Shown one piece after another: positions 40,901 to 48,902 of a stretch of DNA of 64,000 nucleotides. The notes beneath the pieces were generated by a model, which searched no databases, had not been told where the DNA came from, and saw only the letters and a list, made by a program, of their open reading frames with translations. Both the position numbers and the translations under genes were made by a program. Origin of the DNA: an uncultured Spirochaetota bacterium (GTDB lineage Bacteria; Spirochaetota; Spirochaetia; SZUA-6; Fen-1364); NCBI GenBank assembly GCA_963820525.1, contig CAWGAA010000001.1:1760001-1824000 (forward strand), given 5' to 3'. Numbering within the stretch: the stretch's first letter is position 1; the number at the start of each line of letters is the position of its first letter.

Positions 40901-42952
40901 TTCATTAAAAGTGCACATTGTAGTGCAGCGATCTTTTACCCCGACACTGGAAGGCTCATCAGGTGAGATATAATATTCGCCTTTTTCATCAGTAAATTCA
41001 ATAATCGCCGGAGTTGTGTCGAGAAAAAAGATCCCTCCGCTCTTATTCTGGGAAGTACCGAGATAGTCTTGCTCGACCTTCATGCGGAATCGATATCCGC
41101 CGTCCGAAGACAATTGCAAGTCATCTATGCGACCATCCCATTCAATAGTGCTGGTTCCTGATGGTCTATATGCATGGGTCATGATCGTTCGAGCTTTCGT
41201 ACCACTTTCGTTTTCAATACTTGTTGAGATATATGCGCCTTCGCTTAGTGTAAAATCCGCCTTCATTGTAGCTATTGAACTATTTTTTGGGTTGAAACCT
41301 TCTCTTTGATTAGAAAGATCTCCTACGACGAGAGTTTGTTTGTCTATAACAAACGTTACAGCTTGCCTAGACGCGCTGGCTCCGGAGCCTATAAGTTCAA
41401 TCGGTAAGATGTCGAAATAAATATTATAATAGTCATCGGGGAGGACATTTCCTCCCACATTCCCTACAACAGACTGAGTATAGTTGCCTGTTGTTACATC
41501 ATTCTCTTTCAGTATCGTTTGTGACCCTGATGGCACTGAAATCCCACCAAAACTAATTTTCAGATGTCCATTCCCGTTTACTTTATAATGATATTCTATC
41601 GATTGATGAAGACTATCTATAATCTCTCCGTTACCCTCCGATACCTCAATTGACGGTGGAGCGCATATAGAGACATTATATTCAGATAAAAGATCATCTT
41701 CTTGATAAAAACTTATTATATACTCCCCATAAGGAATTGATGTGCCGCTTACATCCTTACCGTTCCAGCTCATTTGAATGGCAGAGTTAGCAACAACATT
41801 CCTTTCTAGTATCTTGATGCTCTTGCTATCTTTCTTAAGGAATGCTTCAATCTTCCCTCCTTCTCCAGCGGCTGTAATATCTATTCTCATCCCTCGATAA
41901 GAGGAATTGACACAATCAGGGTATACAAAGGTATCCTTAATCCCAACAATCGTATTCACAGTATTCAATTTGTATGAATAGAAGCCCCAGGGGTATACAA
42001 GAAACATATAGTTATTACCTGGGGTAAAGCTGATATCTGCTGTTTTATCAGTAATCGGTCTTTGCGGATCTGCCCAAGAATATATATATCTAAGGTCAGG
42101 AGAAAATGAATGTATTCTTTTTGCATTTATGTCTAATACATAAAGATTACCATCGTATCCCGTATCAATTGCAGCTAACCAAGTTTCAGAAGTTGTTGAA
42201 TCACTTGTTGAACATAGCTCAAGGTTCATGATGTCAATATGATAATAGCCGACATAAGTGCCTGACAGGTCGAATCTCATGATCGTACTGTAATAAAGCA
42301 CATATATTCCATTTTGATTCACGCAGATTCTAATCGGAAAATTCCATTCCTCGTTCTCGTATGGAATGAGATCGATTGACTCCTTGCCTTGAACAAAATT
42401 TTCCCATACATCTGAGCGTGCATTATATTTGAATATCTTTTTCTGCCCCAGATCTAGAATATAAAGTCGATCATCTGAATCTTTGCAAATATCTATAGGG
42501 TTAACAAAACTTCTATTAATCTGGCCCGCGGGCTTATATTTGTCTTTTTGATCGATATTCCACCATAGAATAGCCCCGCTTTTTTTATCTATCACGAATA
42601 CTTTTTTATTTGATGTGTAGGCTATTCGACCTATTTGATCAATATAGCTTCTCTGTCGCTCAAAATCATATCCGAGTATTCCGTATTCTCTATTCTTATT
42701 GAAATAATAAATTGATCCATAATAATCATCTACTCCACATCCTCCCAAAAGGCCAGTATCTTTCTCTTTAGCTGAATCGATTGCGCAGAAATTGAAAAAA
42801 TAATGTAGATCTCCATCTGAATAATTAGCAATAAACTCATTATCAATTTTACTATCGAAATTGAAAGCATCGTTTTTCATGATTACTTGCCCAAAGATTA
42901 TTGTGGCAGGAAGAAGCATTACAAAAATGTTTATGCTGACTTTTTTTAGCAT
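34916..42952 (-). CDS. Giant (2678 aa) secreted/surface multidomain protein: NHL-like propeller, FlgD-Ig-like domains, 7x54-aa repeats, many Ig-like repeats
   Basis: AAGGAG RBS; signal peptide; NHL-like 'NPIDIC.DSDDRLYILD'; three 'W[ND]G[KR]...[DY][GA].Y' FlgD-like units; 'EF.VNTYT...Q..PSVA..GFVVVW.S.GQDG' repeats; more than 10 'D..GN' Ig-like units such as 'HTIEYYSRDNVGNIE'. Confidence 0.85.
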   Translation of the reverse strand: MLKKVSINIFVMLLPATIIFGQVIMKNDAFNFDSKIDNEFIANYSDGDLHYFFNFCAIDSAKEKDTGLLGGCGVDDYYGSIYYFNKNREYGILGYDFERQRSYIDQIGRIAYTSNKKVFVIDKKSGAILWWNIDQKDKYKPAGQINRSFVNPIDICKDSDDRLYILDLGQKKIFKYNARSDVWENFVQGKESIDLIPYENEEWNFPIRICVNQNGIYVLYYSTIMRFDLSGTYVGYYHIDIMNLELCSTSDSTTSETWLAAIDTGYDGNLYVLDINAKRIHSFSPDLRYIYSWADPQRPITDKTADISFTPGNNYMFLVYPWGFYSYKLNTVNTIVGIKDTFVYPDCVNSSYRGMRIDITAAGEGGKIEAFLKKDSKSIKILERNVVANSAIQMSWNGKDVSGTSIPYGEYIISFYQEDDLLSEYNVSICAPPSIEVSEGNGEIIDSLHQSIEYHYKVNGNGHLKISFGGISVPSGSQTILKENDVTTGNYTQSVVGNVGGNVLPDDYYNIYFDILPIELIGSGASASRQAVTFVIDKQTLVVGDLSNQREGFNPKNSSIATMKADFTLSEGAYISTSIENESGTKARTIMTHAYRPSGTSTIEWDGRIDDLQLSSDGGYRFRMKVEQDYLGTSQNKSGGIFFLDTTPAIIEFTDEKGEYYISPDEPSSVGVKDRCTTMCTFNEQVNVEVSVRKLSGEVVRNLAGSHALTAGSAFNVQWDGRDDTQKVLPDAKYNIWISHEDKYGNNANTKIGVWVDNNRADDSIAEIILSPIGEEFRVNTNTAFDQSMSSVAQIRDGFIVVWASEGQDGSSYGIYGQRYDADGVPLGGEFKVNTYTTNAQELPSVAQTRDGFVVVWTSNGQDGSEWGLYGQRYDADGVPLGREFKINTYTLANQDKPSVAQIRDGFVVIWTSWGQDGSSYGIYGQRYDANGVPLGGEFRVNTYTTNAQEYPSVAQTSDGFVVAWTSNGQDGSSYGIYGQRYDANGIPLGSEFSVNTYIAGNQSESAVVQIGGGFVVVWSSYGQDGSEWGLYGQRYDVNGVPLGSEFRVNTYIVGDQCGPSVAQTSDGFVVVWTSFGQDGSISGVYGKRYDANGVPSGGEFRVNTYTANEQAMSFVAQASAGFVVVWLSWLQDGSEWGVYGQSYAFQQIPAGINLTAQFLFPNLENYTGRDNFTIQAVASDTNIDRYEMSMGSGSEPKILAAEQNQNVKGDLYYFPILTAPQGQTPIALKVWDKAGNYREDSFLLTRDYESFITGFGVDRFYGSFSHPPQVYFLMAQGADIDLEILDKDKVVLRTINLGSQPASGTHILDISGLSDGVYSVRLRVTHQVFGSYEALAHFVVDNMAPSVAFGDLGTYFSSQTEIRIPASASDKNLDSISLRLYDEKNTLVKTILANGTERDLEALSFNPDELSESGYTFVLSAIDHAGNQSQVERNIIVDRPPPGIVLSSPDFAAVQSGEIHIKAQVVENHDISGWQVAVRRNSSDTILLTGTSISIDCVWNSRVVSDPIVDAKFIFTLKDKADNTSVIEKAFIADNNPPVVECIRETAPIIIDGKQFINGHNTLYLLADSNDIYSRVAEVRYIINDGELRVYKEPIKPTGDGIYNISYSGVDNFGNASAWKRESYIVDATPPDFTTEVGEPKYVQGDTVFIPLENNIVIISTDGVGASASGVKKVEYRIEGDLWQSYEAGIRLYREGPVNVIVRVKDGVGNTTEKPIGRVVIDIAPPLTTLVTEGNSYYSLQRNILALASPTAIFLSAQDTGREDSRSGLDRINYALDGEARQYSQPIAISDAKEHSFAFSAVDRVGNKEQREPITIAVDTQPPNAQLVVPDGVYTAGGVIYAQGGKQYELQATDNFAGVKQISYDLNGAEYLVYRMPFVLSREADYVLRYYAKDYLDNYSQEKTSQISIDNTAPQTFMTTNIPLVHIEETLYADSRYEFRWTGVDGKSGVSNTFVLVDGVAVSPNLFKFTSDGKHTIEYYSRDNVGNIEEKKTVSVVTPIPDMTPPVTKLTPSYPPYTSNNQDYYRSDVLFTLQSEDNVGENESFATGVDKIYCMLDDGNYAIYQGESIRFVSEGIHEIKYYAVDKAGNIELIHSYILIIDDSPPTSELRVQSGGGLYLDSDLYLKESDKVELTAIDSASGVKAIYFRIDGKDPWLQYVEPINLSDGAHAVEYYAEDNLGNKENSRPVSLAVVTDYNIVSYRTLFLNDVDLALRVYSMGDEKLVYVHGGNKGHIFVAELINSAHEPLERKGRITLKAEVRKELDIGGGYVAAAEIRHDREDIYLYTINEKRQPGLQISFGGGCRNPLIVEGRVYWIVEARSGETIVEYDISKQTKREVFFSPRPIQKMQRNGTIVMFLLERESDQELYCLKNGEVSRVFDYDLAYGKINNFSIQSNLLAFDAGDPNARMIYLYLLDDKGPKAISSFEAKAPILQGRYIVYTKVKEDGEILTKYDIVNGVHTSLLKGKALLNTLIDSKGNILTKREKGKRWERDLIDMITDSSRVPARCIEDFESGKGGDQLVFLKNMGGELLVDNIKFASKEIAFAYNLYCDTEDFIYADADATFTIPMKGFDAIHQIQTFNSNKGMLGEEYLSFMALHDVKVIVLTDTPEEKEHFERHGFKKEDFDLFDLETKGLEFIKTFRRYDVLSYKVNAGEQFVLQGFGSQSFAPIVFVVRR
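39520..40636 (-). repeat. Seven tandem 162-bp (54-aa) intragenic repeats
   Basis: GTATTGA..TGAACTC recurs with a 162-bp period from about 39639 to 40611, with high nucleotide identity. Confidence 0.9.
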
Positions 42953-42990
42953 AGCGGATTGCTCCTTTATATTTCAATAAATATGTAGTT

Positions 42991-44055
42991 TTACCATTGT
43001 CTCTGCACTTTATAAAAAGTATATTCATCCTCATTTCCGATTAAGAAATACACATCTCCAGAAGGAGCTATTGCTGTTAGTGCGCCAGTCAAAGGATAAG
43101 CTTCACGATTGGGATTTCCATCCATATATTGACCATAGTAAAATGCATCTAGCAGCTCACCAAGTTCGGAATACACAAATACTGAAAGCATTTCATTCTT
43201 GTGATTACCTGAAGATGCTAGCCAATAGCTATTATGCTCACTGTCATAATCTATTAAATGATAAAGGCTAAAATCTTTCAGATTTACCGAGATTATGCTG
43301 GACTTCTTAACTGTTTTGGACTGAACTTCAAGTCGCACATTCTTGACCTTGTCAAAAAAAGCTTGTGCCTTAAAAAAATCAGCTGAATAAAACCGACCAC
43401 CGACAATTAAATAATTGGGATTGGCTTGCAAACTCTCAATTGTTTTTCTAGAGATTACCGATAAGCTCTTTGTTATAAATTGAGCATTAGCAGTATTCGA
43501 AGTGATCTCCATTAGCCTCTTTACCGCTTCTTTTGTCGATCTTATACTACCGTTTTTATCTATATATTGAATCAGATCTCGATCATTATATATAAAGACA
43601 TCATCATTTAATGCGAAGAAATCATGAGAATTTATGACACTCTTTGGCAGTGCCTTGCTGTTTATTGTGAATATTCCTTTTCCATTTGGATCGATTTTTC
43701 TTAATCCATAATAAGAGACGCCAATTACATTACCATTCAAATCGACTCTCAAAGTATTTGAAAAATGTGCCGGCTTTTCTTCATCTATAGTTCTTAGGTA
43801 ATTGCCATTAAGGTCGTAGATATTTATCCTCTGATTCACTCGGTCCGGTACGTATATTTGATTATTCTTTGATATCACGAATGTAAGGGGACCGTATCCA
43901 CCACCTGCATCTGGTTTCTCCCAGCCAATCATCCCATCAGAAAATCCCGATTGTATTATTCTCACCTTAATCGTTTGATATTCATTTAAATTGTCTCCAA
44001 AAACATTATTCATGAATAAGCTGATCATTATGCCTATTATGCCTATTTTATTCAT
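42991..44055 (-). CDS. Secreted hypothetical protein with NHL-like beta-propeller segments
   Basis: GGAGG RBS; signal peptide 'MNKIGIIGIMISLFMNNVFG'; 'GPLTFVISKNNQIYVPDRVNQRINIYDLNG'; 'AIAPSGDVYFL'. Confidence 0.7.
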   Translation of the reverse strand: MNKIGIIGIMISLFMNNVFGDNLNEYQTIKVRIIQSGFSDGMIGWEKPDAGGGYGPLTFVISKNNQIYVPDRVNQRINIYDLNGNYLRTIDEEKPAHFSNTLRVDLNGNVIGVSYYGLRKIDPNGKGIFTINSKALPKSVINSHDFFALNDDVFIYNDRDLIQYIDKNGSIRSTKEAVKRLMEITSNTANAQFITKSLSVISRKTIESLQANPNYLIVGGRFYSADFFKAQAFFDKVKNVRLEVQSKTVKKSSIISVNLKDFSLYHLIDYDSEHNSYWLASSGNHKNEMLSVFVYSELGELLDAFYYGQYMDGNPNREAYPLTGALTAIAPSGDVYFLIGNEDEYTFYKVQRQW

Positions 44056-44075
44056 TACGATTCCTCCAAATCTAG

Positions 44076-45761
44076 TTACCTTAGTCTTCTTAATTCAAAG
44101 GCACCATATATAGATAGTGCTTCCCATGTTCTAGTATTAATGACCCTCCATTCATTATAGTCCCCTTTTGCTGCTTCAATTACCGTCACTTTCGAGCTCT
44201 TGGAAGCAATAAGTCTACTATTTGTGGGATATTCAATTCCGAGTACAATTGCTACATGCTCATTAGCATGCGCATTAGCCGTATCCGGATTAATTAGGAT
44301 ATCTCCTGGGACCATACCATTCAAGTAATTAATTGGCCGTGAATATATATCAACTATATCTTGAACAGAATGTTTAGAATATAGAGGAAATGAATAAGAA
44401 TCCTCCGGCTTAACCCATTTATCACTGCCACTAAAATCCGCCATCCAGTAGTTATTTCCGTTATAACTCGCTACTCTTTGTAGAAAGCCATTACAATCGG
44501 TACCAGCCGAATAGAGAACAAGCTGCCAAACATAGCTGTCTAGAAAATAAGCATTATAGGATGCAAGACCTGGCAGATATGGAGTATAGCTAATTCCATT
44601 AATTACAAGCGGATCATATGTTGTCTGTCCGAAACGCCGGCCTGTAAAAATATACATACTCCAATAGCCATAATATGGAGGAGGCGCGGTTGTAACATTC
44701 CAACCCCTCAAAGATTCCCTGTAATCATCTGGGAACTGGTATTCTGGTGGATCTATATTCGGATAATAAACTTGTATATTTGAATCGCTAAAATAATTAA
44801 AGATGGCGTCACGTTGAGCCTCCATCTTCATATTAAAAGTACCTACATCATCAGTTCCGCCTTTCGAGTATGCGACAGCATCTGCAACTTCTGAATAATC
44901 GTAGAAGCATGTCCAATCATTAATGCTATCGTTATTACAATATGTCTGCGCTTCGTCCAATAAGGTCTTGTCATAAATGGCAAAAAAATGAATAAATGAG
45001 TTAACATCACTAATTCCAGCGCTTGATAATACATCAGTATTTGCATATTTTACTTTGAAATCCAGCAGGAAATCATATCCTCTGTCCAACTGCCCATTAT
45101 TAACGACCATGAACCTATCCGTTTTCGGTCCTACTTTTCCATCCGCATCAATTCTACACCAAAGCAAGCCCGATTCGATATATAGATATGCTATGGCGTT
45201 GTTTTGCGGGTACTGAAGCCCATCTTCAAATACAGCACAAAACTCAAAATATCCCCACGTTCTGTCATTTTGATCGCACGGATCGATATAGGGATTCAAC
45301 CCAACATCTCTTGTTCTATTGGTAAAATTGGGAAATCTAACCTTGAAAGGACCGCATCTTGAAACGTCCCAAGCCTTATAGGGTATCCATCTTTCATGTG
45401 AGTCGACTTTCTCTTGCGGATTATCATCATCTAATTTAGTATCAGTAACAAATTCTATTATATATTGGATATCAGCGCTGGTAATGTAGGACGTGTTATC
45501 GTTGTTTATCTGCCCAGTCGCATAACCATCCGAATTGATATATGGCATTGAGCTTGGATATACATAGCTTTTATCGATTTTCGCAAGTGAATGAATTTTC
45601 GGACCACCGGTTGTTGGCGGCGGCGTTGGCATTGACAATGGAATAGGACACCCAAACAAAGCAGAGAGTGCAAGCAGAAGAACAAAGGATTGAAGTACCA
45701 TTCCATGACGTTTATCTAGGCATATACATCCTGCAAATGGTCTTTTTTCTTGGATACTCAA
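44076..45761 (-). CDS. Putative lipoprotein with C-terminal NlpC/P60-like (papain-fold) domain
   Basis: AAGGAG RBS before TTG; lipobox 'LLALSALFGC' + Pro-rich linker; 'AGTDCNGFLQRV...PGDILI...HVAIV...VIEA'. Confidence 0.65.
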   Translation of the reverse strand: MSIQEKRPFAGCICLDKRHGMVLQSFVLLLALSALFGCPIPLSMPTPPPTTGGPKIHSLAKIDKSYVYPSSMPYINSDGYATGQINNDNTSYITSADIQYIIEFVTDTKLDDDNPQEKVDSHERWIPYKAWDVSRCGPFKVRFPNFTNRTRDVGLNPYIDPCDQNDRTWGYFEFCAVFEDGLQYPQNNAIAYLYIESGLLWCRIDADGKVGPKTDRFMVVNNGQLDRGYDFLLDFKVKYANTDVLSSAGISDVNSFIHFFAIYDKTLLDEAQTYCNNDSINDWTCFYDYSEVADAVAYSKGGTDDVGTFNMKMEAQRDAIFNYFSDSNIQVYYPNIDPPEYQFPDDYRESLRGWNVTTAPPPYYGYWSMYIFTGRRFGQTTYDPLVINGISYTPYLPGLASYNAYFLDSYVWQLVLYSAGTDCNGFLQRVASYNGNNYWMADFSGSDKWVKPEDSYSFPLYSKHSVQDIVDIYSRPINYLNGMVPGDILINPDTANAHANEHVAIVLGIEYPTNSRLIASKSSKVTVIEAAKGDYNEWRVINTRTWEALSIYGAFELRRLR

Positions 45762-45793
45762 AACGTTCTCCTTAATCGGATATTAATTGAGCA

Positions 45794-45822
45794 TTTATAG
45801 CATAGGGTGCCTGCGGATGCAA
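45794..45822 (-). promoter_or_regulatory. Sigma70 promoter of the island operon
   Basis: TTGCAT-N17-TATAAA with extended -10 TG. Confidence 0.65.
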
Positions 45823-45958
45823 CGAAATTCTTCTGTCAGTATCAGTATGATACTATCACAGCATCTGCGGCGGCCGGAACGAGAAAGATTTTCTCTATTC
45901 TCGCCAAACGCCGCACGCTTTCGGACCACATCGGGCGGCGCATTCTTGTACCTTGCCC

Positions 45959-46981
45959 TCACCCCCTCAGCACATTGATGGCGGGAGGGAGCAGCTTCAT
46001 CACTAGGGGAAAATCCTTCTCCTGAAGCCAGGTGAGCTCGCCATCGAGCTGCAACGGCATCTTCGCATGGTAGTCTATCTCGACATGGTCAGCGGAGTAG
46101 AACCTCACTTGAGGGAGAATGCCGTGCCTGCCCTCATAGAAAAGCTTCTTGTTCTTGATCTTTGCGAAAAGGCTGAGGTGGTCCACGACGCAGACGTTCT
46201 CCTGTCCTGGAAGAACATGCATATGGCCGCCATAGGTCCTGTCTCCGCTTATCCCCACGACAACCATCGAAGGGACGATCCCGTCTATCGATATCTCGCC
46301 TCCTTTGGAGAAGATTCGCACGTCCATAGGTAGGGGCTTGATGGCTTGCTCGTAAAAGAGGCTTCCCACGTCCACGAGTGCCTTGTAGGCGTGGCCGGGA
46401 ATAGCACGTTTGAAGCGGTAGGTGAGGCCCGCGATGAATGCATCTAGGCCGACGCTTGCGATATTGAATGAAAAGCCCACTTGCTTTCCCGCCGCGGTCA
46501 CCACCAGGGCTCCCGTCTTCAGGTTGTGCGGCGCTCCAAGAATAAGATCGTATGCCTCGCTGAACGTGTTGGTGTCCGCCATGTCGTTCCCCGAGCCCAG
46601 GAGGTCTCCATCGGCCTGGATAAGGGCGGTGCAGATTTCGTTGCTGGTGCCGTCGCCACCGCAGCCGATGAGGAGGTGCTCCAGGCCGGAGCGCGCCTTC
46701 TCCTCCCGGGTGAGGATATCTTCCGTGATTATTCGCGCGTGGCCGGCGTACTCCGTGAAGTGTACGAGGTTGATCTCGATCTTTCGCCGGGGATAGCGGC
46801 TTCGAAGCTCTTCCAGCCGAACCTCGAGCTCCATGATCATCTTCTCGAGAGTGGATTTTCGCTTGAAAAACCCGGCGTGGGGATTGACGATGACATCGAC
46901 AATCAGAGGCGCCGTATCGGCTTGGCGGGAAAACTCAGTCAACTTGGAGACGCCGTTCGCGTCCGTCGATATCAGGTCCAT
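45959..46981 (-). CDS. Diacylglycerol/lipid kinase family protein (YegS/DgkB-like), possibly with an internal in-frame deletion
   Basis: 'IVNPHAG', 'TEYAGHA', 'GGDGT', 'GSGND', 'TYGG', 'QLDGE'. Confidence 0.8.
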   Translation of the reverse strand: MDLISTDANGVSKLTEFSRQADTAPLIVDVIVNPHAGFFKRKSTLEKMIMELEVRLEELRSRYPRRKIEINLVHFTEYAGHARIITEDILTREEKARSGLEHLLIGCGGDGTSNEICTALIQADGDLLGSGNDMADTNTFSEAYDLILGAPHNLKTGALVVTAAGKQVGFSFNIASVGLDAFIAGLTYRFKRAIPGHAYKALVDVGSLFYEQAIKPLPMDVRIFSKGGEISIDGIVPSMVVVGISGDRTYGGHMHVLPGQENVCVVDHLSLFAKIKNKKLFYEGRHGILPQVRFYSADHVEIDYHAKMPLQLDGELTWLQEKDFPLVMKLLPPAINVLRG

Positions 46982-47005
46982 GGTTCACCTCCACGATGCA
47001 TCGTT

Positions 47006-47510
47006 TCAGCCGCTCTTTTCCAGCATCGACAGTATTCGTTGCGCTGCCCTGCCGCGGTGGGAGAGGCGATCTTTCTCCTCGTCGGGAAGCTCCGCGATGG
47101 TCTTCCCCGCATGCGGGACCAGGAATAAAGGATCATAGCCGAAACCGTGATCCCCACGAGGCTCATGAGTGATCTGGCCGTTCACGGTTTCCTGGGCGAT
47201 GAAGAATCTGCTTTCCTCGATGACAAGAACAAGACAGCAGACGAAGTATGCCCGCCTGTCCTCGATGCCCTCCATTTTCGATAGAAGATATGCATTTCGC
47301 GCGTGGGCCTCTAGAACAGATCCGCTGCCCGAGCCGTAGCGTGAAGAATAGATTCCTGGCTCGCCGCCCAAAGCGGGCACGCATAATCCTGAGTCGTCGG
47401 AGACCACCGGCCGCCTGGCAATCGAAAAAAGTGCCATAGCTTTTCCGAATGCATTCTCCAGAAAGCTTTCGCCGTTCTCCTCGAAGTCGAACTCGATGCC
47501 CGCCTCACGG
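47006..47510 (-). pseudogene. rdgB: 5'-truncated non-canonical purine NTP pyrophosphatase (RdgB/Ham1)
   Basis: 'EENGESFLENAFGKA', 'SDDSGL', 'PGIYSSRY', 'GFGYDPLF', 'SHRGRA'. No N-terminal T-x-N-x-x-K segment; the frame runs into a stop near 47595 with no start codon upstream of the conserved part. Confidence 0.8.
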
Positions 47511-47834
47511 CTGCTCGCGACATGACGGGACCGCGAGGCCCATTGTCTCGGCGATTGCCCTCGAACATGTGCAGCTTCAAATCTGTCTATCTCTCATGTA
47601 TCTCTTTCTGAAATAGCGTTTTTTCAAGATTCCCCATTGACCAGATCGGCGCTAAAAGTATCATCAAGTGAACGAAATATGTGCGCGTTGCCTGCGCGCC
47701 CCATGACGAATCACAGCGGCGCTTGCCGCCGTTTCCACTGCTGTGGTAGCATCACCCACCCTGGATAATGATGTTGGACAGCATTGCTATCGGCGTGGGT
47801 ATGCTCAGCGAATGAGCACACATAGGGATGCACA

Positions 47835-48779
47835 GTGATCAAGAATATCGGCGTCATCGGGGTAGGCGGCGTTGGCGGGTATTTCGGGGGCAAGCTCAGC
47901 ATGCTCGCCCAGGCGGACCCCGCGCTTGAGGTCTTTTTCGTGGCGCGGGGCGCGCACCTTGAGGCGATACGCAGGAACGGCCTCGAGCTGTCCACGGCCG
48001 AGGAGGGGGAGCTTCGCTGTGTTCCCACGCTCGCAACCGACGATTTTTCGAAGCTTCCGACTCTCGACCTCTGCCTGCTGTGCGTGAAAGCCTACGACCT
48101 GGCCTCCCTGCTTCCCCTCCTTGGCCGGCGCGTCTCCCCGGACGCGCTGATCGTCCCATTGTCGAACGTAGTCGACATCCCGGAGCGGATTCGCGCCGTC
48201 ATTCATCAGGGAGGAGTGCTTCCCGCATGCGTCTACATCGGGACTCACATAGAGCGGCCCGGGAGAGTGGAGCAGAACGGCGGCGCCCGCACCGTCATTC
48301 TCGGACCGGATCCCCTCCACGAATCAGAAAAGGTGAAGGAAGCCCTCGATCTTTTCACTCGCGCATCCATCCGCTTCCAATGGAGCAGCGACCCGTACCC
48401 GATGATCTGGGAGAAGTTCATCTTCATCGCAGGCTACGGCCTGCTGACGGCGTGGTGCGGCAAGACCCTTGGCGAGGTCTTCGAATCCGCGGAGCTTCGC
48501 GGCGCGGCGCTTGCCATCATGCGGGAAATCGCGAGCCTTGCCGCAAAGCGCGGTGTCCGTCTGCCGCCCGGCATAGCGGAGGATTCCCTGGCCAAGGCCG
48601 CCGGGTTTCCTCCCGGCACCAAGACTTCATTCCAAAGGGACTTCGAGAACCCGAAAAAGCCCGACGAGCGGGACCTTTTCGGCGGAACGATCATTCGAAT
48701 GGGCGAATCCCTCGGAGTAGAGACGCCGGCCACGCGAAACATCTACGGCGAATTGCAGAAAAAGAAGCCCGTTTTTTAG
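47835..48779 (+). CDS. panE: 2-dehydropantoate 2-reductase (ApbA/PanE family)
   Basis: Rossmann 'GVGGVGGYFG', 'ARGAHL', 'CVKAYDL', 'WEKF', 'TSFQRD'. Confidence 0.88.
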   Translation: MIKNIGVIGVGGVGGYFGGKLSMLAQADPALEVFFVARGAHLEAIRRNGLELSTAEEGELRCVPTLATDDFSKLPTLDLCLLCVKAYDLASLLPLLGRRVSPDALIVPLSNVVDIPERIRAVIHQGGVLPACVYIGTHIERPGRVEQNGGARTVILGPDPLHESEKVKEALDLFTRASIRFQWSSDPYPMIWEKFIFIAGYGLLTAWCGKTLGEVFESAELRGAALAIMREIASLAAKRGVRLPPGIAEDSLAKAAGFPPGTKTSFQRDFENPKKPDERDLFGGTIIRMGESLGVETPATRNIYGELQKKKPVF

Positions 48780-48840
48780 GCGCGGGGCGGCCCGCAATCC
48801 AGGACACTATCGGCCGCCGGAAGCCCGAGAGCCTCATTTC

Positions 48841-48869
48841 TTGCGCGGCGTTCTCTTCTCGCGTATACT
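48841..48869 (+). promoter_or_regulatory. Sigma70 promoter
   Basis: TTGCGC-N17-TATACT upstream of GGAGG/GTG 48903. Confidence 0.6.
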
Positions 48870-48902
48870 TTGGCCCCTGAGTTTTCAAGAGGGGAGGCGC
48901 CC

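Larger units (their letters stand above)
34890..45860. other. AT-rich horizontally acquired three-gene island (no mobility genes seen)
   Basis: Abrupt composition change: the line at 34801 is 41/60 G+C, the line at 43561 is 15/60. Three co-oriented genes with their own promoter. Confidence 0.8.

Noticed and set aside
45839..45853. GTATCA-GTA-TGATAC palindrome resembling the arabinan-locus inverted repeat
   Set aside because: Only 6-bp arms with different spacing, too weak to claim shared regulation.
47510..47830. Possible ncRNA, riboswitch or IS remnant upstream of the truncated rdgB
   Set aside because: No recognisable RNA motif, terminal inverted repeat or transposase fragment by eye; a covariance-model search would be needed.
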